Assembly: GCA_964516555.1 (NCBI GenBank) | Contig: CAZFAI010000003.1 | Span: forward strand, 1-37,596 | From: an uncultured Gammaproteobacteria bacterium | Lineage (GTDB): Bacteria; Patescibacteriota; Microgenomatia; UBA12405 | DNA length: 37,596 nucleotides | Direction: 5' to 3' | Part shown: piece by piece, positions 24,180 to 31,136 of the stretch | Layout of the letters: the number at the start of each line of letters is the position of its first letter | Position numbering within the stretch: the stretch's first letter is position 1 | Translations under genes and position numbers: made by a program | Notes under the pieces: model-generated | Told to the model about the DNA's origin: nothing | Database searches by the model: none | What the model saw: only the letters and a program-made list of their open reading frames with translations

Positions 24180-25400
24180 ATGACTCACAACTTCAAAGGT
24201 TTTATTGACACCACATTTCGCGACGGCCAAGCTTCCCCTCTTCTGTTTGACACCAACAAATACGCCTTCACCCTCAAAGAAAAAATCCAACTTATCGACA
24301 TGATGCTGGAACTGGGTATCCGTCATTTCGAATTTTTCTCACCCATAGTCAGCAGTGTCGAGAAAAACGATTTTCTGGCAATCCGAAAACATGTCAAAGC
24401 CAAAAATATCCCCGGCGTATTTCTGCTAGCCCACTGCCGCTGTCACCCTGAAGACATCTCCCAAGCTCTGGAGTCCGGTTTTGATGGCTTAAATCTCTAC
24501 ATGGGTTTATCTGAGCATGCCCAGCAGACTTACAACAAAAGCTTTGACGAGCTGATGGCTATCGTAAAAACTACTATTACCAACCTCCGCCAGGAACATC
24601 CCAATCTCTGGTTGCGTTTTTCCGGAGAAGATGCCTTCAGAACCGATCTCTCGAGTCTTTTCAATGTTTATGATCAAATAGTTGATCTTGTAAATACTAT
24701 CGGCACTCCCGATACTACTGGAACCGCCACTCCAAAAGCTGTTGCCAAACGAGTCCGTGATCTCAAAACCCGCTATCCAAAAATCAACCTCGAATGCCAT
24801 TTCCACAACGACCTGGGTTTAGCCATGGCCAACACCATGGCAGCAATTGATAATGGAGCTGAATTTGTTGATTCAACCGTTTGGGGCATGGCCGAAAGAT
24901 CGGGAATAACTTCCACAACTGCTGCTTTACTAAACTTTTCACATCTGGACCCCGAAATCCTAAAAAGTTACAAAACAGAATTATGCTATCCCCTGAATGT
25001 TCTTATGGCTTCAATTCTAAAAACCCAGGTCCCCTGGTATGAACCTGTTTCTCTAACCAACAGGACCCACATTGCCGGAGTCCATCAAAAAGCAGTCCTG
25101 GCCAAACAGGGATACGAGGCCCATCACCTTGAAAAATTTGGTGTAGTCACTGATCAATTATTACTCGGTCCGCTTAGTGGCTGGAACTTTATTTACTACT
25201 ACCTCAAAGAAATCGGCAACTATATTGTCACCGAAGAACAAGCCAAGGAAATTGCGACAGAATTCAAAAACAGACAGGGTAAAGATTCCAAAATATTTAA
25301 GCCTGAAAACTTAATTGAACAAATTGCAAGTGAATTTAATTTGTCAAAAATCAGCATTCCCCAAAAATACGCCAAAACCAGAATCGAGAAATTGGACTGA
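24180..25400 (+). CDS. HMGL-like family enzyme (homocitrate / 2-isopropylmalate / citramalate synthase-like)
   Basis: DTTFRDGQASP near the N-terminus and HFHNDLGLAMANTMAAI, the DRE-TIM metallolyase signatures of LeuA/NifV-type synthases. Confidence 0.75.
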   Translation: MTHNFKGFIDTTFRDGQASPLLFDTNKYAFTLKEKIQLIDMMLELGIRHFEFFSPIVSSVEKNDFLAIRKHVKAKNIPGVFLLAHCRCHPEDISQALESGFDGLNLYMGLSEHAQQTYNKSFDELMAIVKTTITNLRQEHPNLWLRFSGEDAFRTDLSSLFNVYDQIVDLVNTIGTPDTTGTATPKAVAKRVRDLKTRYPKINLECHFHNDLGLAMANTMAAIDNGAEFVDSTVWGMAERSGITSTTAALLNFSHLDPEILKSYKTELCYPLNVLMASILKTQVPWYEPVSLTNRTHIAGVHQKAVLAKQGYEAHHLEKFGVVTDQLLLGPLSGWNFIYYYLKEIGNYIVTEEQAKEIATEFKNRQGKDSKIFKPENLIEQIASEFNLSKISIPQKYAKTRIEKLD

Positions 25401-25471
25401 AAGTTCAGAACCTCACCTTTTTCTTATCTCTTTTTGTTCTTATTTTTACCTAAGAGCTTTATATTTTTATT

Positions 25472-25882
25472 ATGAAAATATTAACTTTCTTCTCAATTTT
25501 TGGCCTCTTAATCACTCTGTCCGCATCACCTAGTCTAGCCGCTCCCTTTAAAGCCGAAAATAATCCCCAAATTGTTGCCAATTACAGCGAAGGTGAACAT
25601 GGCATCCCCGGTCAGACATATACCCACGAAGGTAAAGACGTGGTTATGAAAGCCGGCAACAGTCCCGTCGTACAGCAATGGTTTGTCGGTACTAGCGAAG
25701 AGGAAGGTTTCCATGGTGAACACAGTGTCTGGAAATTATCCAAAGACGGCACCTGTCCGCCCAACTGGTTTCAAATGACCCCTACCGAACCTGATGGCGG
25801 TAACTATTGGGGTGATGTCATGGAATTCGGCCAAACTTACTGTATCATGACCAACCAATTCCTCCTTGGCAAAAATAAGTAA
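25472..25882 (+). CDS. secreted hypothetical protein (136 aa)
   Basis: Signal peptide MKILTFFSIFGLLITLSASPSLA with an AxA-type cleavage site. Mature part has 2 Cys. Confidence 0.6.
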   Translation: MKILTFFSIFGLLITLSASPSLAAPFKAENNPQIVANYSEGEHGIPGQTYTHEGKDVVMKAGNSPVVQQWFVGTSEEEGFHGEHSVWKLSKDGTCPPNWFQMTPTEPDGGNYWGDVMEFGQTYCIMTNQFLLGKNK

Positions 25883-25905
25883 ATAACAGTATACTGTTAT
25901 TTACT
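25878..25905. promoter_or_regulatory. perfect 28-bp palindrome spanning one gene's stop codon and ending at the next gene's ATG
   Basis: AGTAAATAACAGTATACTGTTATTTACT equals its own reverse complement. It contains TATACT. Confidence 0.5.
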
Positions 25906-26322
25906 ATGTCAAAACCCAACTACCCCTTGGTTATTCTCATCTTCGTCCTCACCCTAATTATTTTTACAACAATTGCCCTCCTACTCTCCCGCAATAATCC
26001 CCCTCCCCTAGATGGTTTAGACGAAACTACCCCCAAAGAAGAAAGCTACAACTCAAATTTCGATACCAATTTTAACAAAACCGGAAATCTCATCAAAAAT
26101 GCTGATAATTGGGATTTTCTTTATGAAGAACCCGGAAAATCCGCTCTCAAAGTTTCTCTGGTTTTTGATTCCCAAAGCCGCTGCGATATTCTCGGCCAAT
26201 TAGTCGACTGCACCAAAATGGATATCGAGACCGGAACCCGAGCCATTATAAATGGTAATCGCACCCAAAATTTAGTAAAGGTTCTGAACTTAGTGGTATT
26301 TAACGAAAATAGTCAGGAATAA
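25906..26322 (+). CDS. membrane-anchored hypothetical protein (138 aa)
   Basis: N-terminal TM helix LVILIFVLTLIIFTTIALLL. No known motif. Confidence 0.6.
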   Translation: MSKPNYPLVILIFVLTLIIFTTIALLLSRNNPPPLDGLDETTPKEESYNSNFDTNFNKTGNLIKNADNWDFLYEEPGKSALKVSLVFDSQSRCDILGQLVDCTKMDIETGTRAIINGNRTQNLVKVLNLVVFNENSQE

Positions 26323-26324
26323 CT

Positions 26325-27164
26325 TTAATTACCTTCTTGTCTCATCACCATCATATATCGAGACCACGTATAATCACCTACGTTAGCACCACTATCTTCT
26401 CCTAGCACCTTCCACCCGCAAAAAACCACTGCCATATATTTCTCACTCTTATCTAATTCCACTTGGGAATATTTAATTAAATCACTGGCATTACTCATAA
26501 AGTCATCAACGTCATTGGGTGGAATTCTAACCAAGTCCACTACCGAAAAATTCTCATCCTTCTCATCCTGAACCAACCTTACTCTAGCTCCACGAATTAA
26601 TTCCATTCTTCTGTTTCTCTCATCATCGTCAAACATCCTGCTTAAGCTATGGCCTTCCAAAAATCTTCTAAGAGGCTCGGCCTCTAAGTCTTCTCCTCTA
26701 AATAAGCCACTATGCATAGCCACTAAACCATACTCATCCGTATCCAGCGTAAACGCCCTACCGTCCCCGACCCGGTATAATTCGCCCACATCGGATACTC
26801 CTTCAACATAAGGACTGGGGATGAATCCAAAATCAATAGCATCCTCCATCAAAACTACTCCATCAACCTTCTCACTGGAGGATAAATCTATCTCGCCAAA
26901 AATATAAGGTTCAAACTTCTTTTCCTCTTCCACTGTTGCATTTACTTTAGCTTCAATGGTAGAAATTGCAGTCGCAGTCGGAGCAAAAGTAGCTTCAACT
27001 GTAGGTACAACTTTCGTAGCATCTACGACTTTCCGAACAACAACAGTAGCTTCAGGTGTCGGGCTTTCGTGTGTGCCCCTGCCATCGCATGCAGACGCAG
27101 CCAATCCTAGCGCTCCCAAAGCACTCATTCTAAGAAAGTCTCTTCTGCTAAATAATCTTTCCAT
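26325..27164 (-). CDS. Tat-signal (possibly lipoprotein) exported protein with a sortase-like His/Cys/Arg arrangement
   Basis: Twin-arginine signal SRRDFLRMSALGALGLAASAC. It is followed in order by VAMHSG (His), LIRGARVRLVQDEKDENFSVVDLVRIPPNDV, AVVFCGW (Cys) and WSRYMMV (Arg). The CDS is solid. The sortase call is tentative. Confidence 0.45.
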   Translation of the reverse strand: MERLFSRRDFLRMSALGALGLAASACDGRGTHESPTPEATVVVRKVVDATKVVPTVEATFAPTATAISTIEAKVNATVEEEKKFEPYIFGEIDLSSSEKVDGVVLMEDAIDFGFIPSPYVEGVSDVGELYRVGDGRAFTLDTDEYGLVAMHSGLFRGEDLEAEPLRRFLEGHSLSRMFDDDERNRRMELIRGARVRLVQDEKDENFSVVDLVRIPPNDVDDFMSNASDLIKYSQVELDKSEKYMAVVFCGWKVLGEDSGANVGDYTWSRYMMVMRQEGN

Positions 27165-27323
27165 AACTCATCCTTAAAATTAATTTAAAGATCAATTATA
27201 AAAAAATACATCTACACCACCCCCAGGGAACTTTGACACACATCTTTGTGTATCGCTGTTCCCCGAGGGGGTGTTGGAGGGAGTTTAGCACTTCATTGTG
27301 CTTCCTTCCCTCCTCTCGAGAGA

Positions 27324-28160
27324 TCAGATCCTCCTTCTTCTTCTGAATGACAGTGTAAACAGTCCAACTGTCAACAGAAGGAATCCACCCAGCGCCCACT
27401 TTCTGACTTCAAAGTCAGCACCCTCTCCACCGGTAGGAACCAGTGGGATAGGTGTTGCCGTTAAAGTCGGCCGTTCTGGCGTCGCGGTAGGCACCACTGG
27501 TGTGCTGGTCGGTACCACCGGCGTCTCTGTTGGGACAACGGGAGTCTCAGTTGGCGACACCGGCGTGCTCGTGGGGATCGGCGTTTCCGTCGGTTCCGGA
27601 GTGCTGGTCGGTATCACCGGCGTCTCTGTCGGCGTGACTGGCGTCACTGTCGGTACCACCGGCGTCTCGGTTGGAACAACCGGAGTCGAGGTAGGCACCA
27701 CTGGCGTGCTCGTGGGAATCGGCGTTTCCGTCGGTTCCGAAGTGCTGGTTGGTACCACCGGCGTCTCGGTTGGAACAACCGGAGTCGAGGTGGGCACCAC
27801 TGGCGTGCTGGTCAGCGTAGGTAGTGGTCGAGTGTACAAAACAACATGCGAAATGGCATAGGGAGTATCATTGACCCAACAGTTCTGACTCGGGTCAGGA
27901 TTAATCAATGATCCTCCTCCGGGCCCGCCGATCTTCACACACACTCCGACAACTTCATATCCCGGCTTTGGCGCCCAGCATACTCTGAACTCCTCAGCCC
28001 ATATACCGCCAGTTCCATCATTGTACTCATAACCAGCCATAGGAACCTCTGCCTTGACATTGCCTGCAGGACAGGTACTTCCTTCCGCTTCAACCATCGA
28101 TGACGGTATCATGGTCAAAACAACGACCAAGACCACCAAAAGCACAATACTCCACTTCAT
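27324..28160 (-). CDS. cell-surface protein: signal peptide, Cys-containing N-domain, Thr/Pro-rich repeats, C-terminal sorting signal
   Basis: Starts MKWSIVLLVVLVVVLTMIPSSMVEA. Has TxTPVVP repeats. Ends ...PLVPTGGEGADFEVRKWALGGFLLLTVGLFTLSFRRRRRI. An SD-like AAGGAAGG lies 6 nt before the ATG. Confidence 0.8.
   Translation of the reverse strand: MKWSIVLLVVLVVVLTMIPSSMVEAEGSTCPAGNVKAEVPMAGYEYNDGTGGIWAEEFRVCWAPKPGYEVVGVCVKIGGPGGGSLINPDPSQNCWVNDTPYAISHVVLYTRPLPTLTSTPVVPTSTPVVPTETPVVPTSTSEPTETPIPTSTPVVPTSTPVVPTETPVVPTVTPVTPTETPVIPTSTPEPTETPIPTSTPVSPTETPVVPTETPVVPTSTPVVPTATPERPTLTATPIPLVPTGGEGADFEVRKWALGGFLLLTVGLFTLSFRRRRRI
27432..27830 (-). repeat. GC-rich tandem repeats (21-nt TxTPVVP unit with higher-order ~120-nt copies) inside the surface protein gene
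   Basis: GGTACCACCGGCGTCTC...GGAGTC...GGCGTGCTCGTGGG.ATCGGCGTTTCCGTCGGTTCCG.AGTGCTGGT recurs with scattered substitutions. Confidence 0.8.
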
Positions 28161-28240
28161 TTCAAACCTTCCTTTCCAGTTGTGATGGTTTAGTATCGGC
28201 CATCATTCTCACCACTATGGCAAGAATGTTAATAGAGTTA

Positions 28241-28345
28241 GTTGCCAAGGGGTGGCAACTCTACAAAAGATGGGGGTTAAAAGGGGAAATATATCCAAAA
28301 GGGACACTACCGGCAAACTTTACCGGCACTATCCCTCCTGGATAT
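28241..28345. other. stacked hairpins in the 413-bp intergenic region upstream of hpf; candidate structured RNA or leader
   Basis: GTTGCCA-agggg-TGGCAAC (28241-28259). A three-tier hairpin has ATATCCA (28291-28297) paired with TGGATAT (28339-28345), inner GGGA/TCCC and inner CCGG/CCGG. Confidence 0.25.
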
Positions 28346-28573
28346 TTGATCTCTCGGATTGTCAAAGAACTATAATCCACACTCATTGATTAGCATTAAA
28401 TCAAAAGTGGGAACTATAATACATATTATAGGTTATAATAGCTTAAAAGTCAATCACTTGATAGCCACTTTCCACCATTCCTTGAAGCAAAATTCAGAAA
28501 ATGTTATCCTTAATTATCCTAAAACAAAACCGCTACTTCCTTGCGCTTTCCTTGTTATTGATTAAAACCTACC

Positions 28574-28882
28574 ATGAATATCCTGATCACCGGTGACAAT
28601 GTTGACATTACCCCGACAATCAAAGAGCTTGTCGAGGATAAAGTTAATCAAAAACTAGACCCGCTCCTTTCCAAATTCGCCCCAGAAATGAAAACCGTAT
28701 CTATGAAAATTTCCAAAATGACCCGCACTAACAATTATGAAGTTAACCTGGACATGATGCTCCCCGGTAAAATGCACATTTTCGCCAAAGCTGACAATTC
28801 CCGCCTGGACTCGGCTTTAATCGATCTAAGTCAACAAATTGAGCGCCAAATCCAAAAGTACAAAGCTGATCTCCAAAGGTAA
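28574..28882 (+). CDS. hpf: ribosome hibernation promoting factor / RaiA family (short form)
   Basis: MNILITGDNVDITPTIKELVEDKV...LDSALIDLSQQIERQIQKYK is typical of the sigma54-modulation/S30EA family. Confidence 0.85.
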   Translation: MNILITGDNVDITPTIKELVEDKVNQKLDPLLSKFAPEMKTVSMKISKMTRTNNYEVNLDMMLPGKMHIFAKADNSRLDSALIDLSQQIERQIQKYKADLQR

Positions 28883-28905
28883 TTGCATTTTCTCCCAAAG
28901 CCTCC

Positions 28906-28911
28906 TATAAT
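28906..28911 (+). promoter_or_regulatory. -10 box (TATAAT) 7 nt upstream of the rpmG ATG
   Basis: Reads TATAAT-acaaccc-ATG. Confidence 0.45.
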
Positions 28912-28918
28912 ACAACCC

Positions 28919-29098
28919 ATGGCTAAAGGAAAAAAGACACCCCGAATTTTGCTGGCGTTAAATTGTGCTAAATGCGGCGCCCAAAACTACCTGACCGAAA
29001 AAAACAAAACCAATACCACCGATAAGTTGAAATTCACCAAGTATTGTCGCTGGTGCAAAACCCGCACCGAACACCGCGAATCCGTCAAGCTCAAGTAA
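28919..29098 (+). CDS. rpmG: 50S ribosomal protein L33 (Cys4 zinc-ribbon form)
   Basis: MAKGKKTPRILLALNCAKCGAQNYLTEKNKTNTTDKLKFTKYCRWCKTRTEHRESVKLK. Confidence 0.9.
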   Translation: MAKGKKTPRILLALNCAKCGAQNYLTEKNKTNTTDKLKFTKYCRWCKTRTEHRESVKLK

Positions 29099-30033
29099 TG
29101 GACATCTCTAATTCCATCATCTCCGCCCTGGAAAACATCTATATTTCGCCCCTGGAACAATGTAATTTGAATTGTAAGTCCTGCTATACCCAAAAAACCA
29201 AAAATATTCTAAACAATCAACAAATTCTTGGCTTCGTTGACCGTTATTCTTCAATCATAAATCTCAAATCCATCCTTTTCTGCGGCGGCGAGGTCTTTCT
29301 TCTAGCCGATTTTCCCAAACTGGTTAATCAACTCATCAGACAAAACACTTTTATTACCATCATCACCAATGGCACTATCGACCGGCTCTCCGAAATAGAA
29401 AACCCAACCAATTGCCAACTCTTAGTCTCCCTCGACGGCCCCAAAAACATCCACGATCAAAACCGAGGACAGGGCAACTTTCAAAAGAATAAAGAGTTTA
29501 TCCGACACGCGCTTAAATTAGGCTTTCCAGCGGAAATTATGTTCCTTATAAATTCCGCCTCCTACCCCTTCAAAGATTCTTTTGATCTGTTTAATTTAAA
29601 GAAAACCTACCTCACCGACCGTCTCCACTCGCTAACCAAAGAACAGGTTTTGGACATCAAAAAAAACTATCCCACCTACCCCGCCAAAAACTTCGGTTGT
29701 TTTCAACTGGCCCTCCAATCAGATGGACTAATTTATGGATGTTGTGAGTCCCCAAAACCCCTCGCCAAACTTACCGACCCACCCAAAACGATTGTTGATA
29801 ATTTCGCCAACTCGCTTGCCACCTGTCATAAGTGCAAATTGTTTCATAATAGTGAAATTGATTTTTCAGCACGGAATCATGTAAGCAAAGCGCAACGCGT
29901 GAGTACTGCAAAAATTAATTTCACTAACATAATACAATGCCAAGGCTGTTCCGACCCTTCCTTTCTCTGCGGCTACAAATCCGAAATTTCCTGTAAAAAC
30001 TGCAGTCAGGTTGTAAAAACCTTCAACACTTAA
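29098..30033 (+). CDS. radical SAM enzyme with a C-terminal SPASM/twitch-like Cys-rich domain
   Basis: CNLNCKSCY (CxxxCxxC) near the N-terminus and a GGEVFL SAM-binding motif. C-terminal clusters: CFQLALQSDGLIYGCC, CHKC, CQGCSDPSFLCGYKSEISCKNC. The start ATG overlaps the rpmG stop (TAATG). Confidence 0.8.
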   Translation: MDISNSIISALENIYISPLEQCNLNCKSCYTQKTKNILNNQQILGFVDRYSSIINLKSILFCGGEVFLLADFPKLVNQLIRQNTFITIITNGTIDRLSEIENPTNCQLLVSLDGPKNIHDQNRGQGNFQKNKEFIRHALKLGFPAEIMFLINSASYPFKDSFDLFNLKKTYLTDRLHSLTKEQVLDIKKNYPTYPAKNFGCFQLALQSDGLIYGCCESPKPLAKLTDPPKTIVDNFANSLATCHKCKLFHNSEIDFSARNHVSKAQRVSTAKINFTNIIQCQGCSDPSFLCGYKSEISCKNCSQVVKTFNT

Positions 30034-30044
30034 AAACAAACTGA

Positions 30045-31082
30045 TTATTTTGCCCTTGTATTTTTATGTTTCCCAATAATTCCGGTAAATAATTTTTCAT
30101 AATTATCAACCATCCTATCAGCGGTAAACAAATTTTCGACCCTTTTTCTGCAATCTTCCCGTCGTATACTACCAATTTTTTCAATCGCACCCTCGGCCTT
30201 ACTAATATCAGATATAACAAAACCCGTTACTCCATCCTCAACCACCTCACCAATTGACCCCAAATCCATCCCCACAACCGGTGTCCCGCACGCCATCGCT
30301 TCAATTAAGCTGATTCCAAAACCCTCGGCATAGGTATTAAAATGCAGCAAAGCTCTTGCCTTCGAAATTAACTCCATTTTTTCGTCTTCTTCTACCAAAC
30401 CCAGATATTGAATTTTATCGTTCAAATAAGGTTTAATTTCTTTTTCAAAATACCCCCGGTAACTTTCATCAATCAATCCGGCCATCAACAACCGAAATCC
30501 CATTTTTCTTGCCAGTTGCACCGCCAAATGCACTCCTTTATCAGCACATATCCTACCAAAATAGCAAAAGTAATCTCCGGCTCCCGCTCTATATTGGTAT
30601 TTCTCTATCTCAATACCATGGTAAATATTACCCTCATAATTTAAATCAGGGCAGTTCTTCCTATCTGCCATGCTAATAGATACATAATAAGTGTTGTTAT
30701 ATTTTCGGAATATATCATTCACTCCAAGCGAAGAAAACCCATGAATAGTTGTCACCACCGGTTTGTCTATCAGCTTCGAAAACACCAAAGGATAGGCATC
30801 ATAATGATTATGAATAATGTCAAAATTTCCGGCTTCTTCAAAGGGCATAGCCGTATGCAAATACTGATATACTTTTCCCTCTAAACTAATATCCTCCATC
30901 AATGGCCTTGGACAAATCCATCTCAATTTACCCGAAGTAACCGAATCACCGGTAGCATATAAAGTCACATCATGGCCTCTTTTTACCATCCCCTCAGCCA
31001 CTAAACTAGCTATCTTTTCCCATGGTCCGTATTTCTTTGGTGGTGTACTCCAGTGAATAGTCGATAGTATCGCAATCCTCAT
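30045..31082 (-). CDS. GT4 family glycosyltransferase
   Basis: EGFGISLIEAMACGTPVVGMDLGSIGEVVEDGVTGF is the E-x7-E GT4 signature. Confidence 0.85.
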   Translation of the reverse strand: MRIAILSTIHWSTPPKKYGPWEKIASLVAEGMVKRGHDVTLYATGDSVTSGKLRWICPRPLMEDISLEGKVYQYLHTAMPFEEAGNFDIIHNHYDAYPLVFSKLIDKPVVTTIHGFSSLGVNDIFRKYNNTYYVSISMADRKNCPDLNYEGNIYHGIEIEKYQYRAGAGDYFCYFGRICADKGVHLAVQLARKMGFRLLMAGLIDESYRGYFEKEIKPYLNDKIQYLGLVEEDEKMELISKARALLHFNTYAEGFGISLIEAMACGTPVVGMDLGSIGEVVEDGVTGFVISDISKAEGAIEKIGSIRREDCRKRVENLFTADRMVDNYEKLFTGIIGKHKNTRAK

Positions 31083-31136
31083 AATATGCTTAATTTTACC
31101 GTTTTTTTGATAATAAATGTTATATTAAGCAAGTTT

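Noticed and set aside
27432-27830. Diversity-generating retroelement template/variable repeat pair
   Set aside because: Differences between the ~120-nt copies are not restricted to adenine positions, the copies are tandem and in frame within one gene, and no reverse transcriptase is nearby.
27298-27861. 187-aa Gly/Val/Thr-rich ORF on the plus strand (GVSVGTTGV repeats)
   Set aside because: It is the antisense shadow of the Thr/Pro repeat region of the minus-strand surface protein. It has no start context, and the minus-strand gene has a signal peptide, an SD and a sorting signal.
28100-28565. Two plus-strand ORFs (91 aa and 68 aa) in the hpf upstream region
   Set aside because: The first overlaps the 5' end of the surface-protein gene in antisense. 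Neither has promoter or SD context or any motif. The region is better explained as non-coding and possibly structured.
29044-29097. N-terminal 18-aa extension of the radical SAM ORF
   Set aside because: It lies inside the rpmG coding sequence in another frame. The ATG at 29098 overlaps the rpmG stop (TAATG), the usual coupling arrangement.
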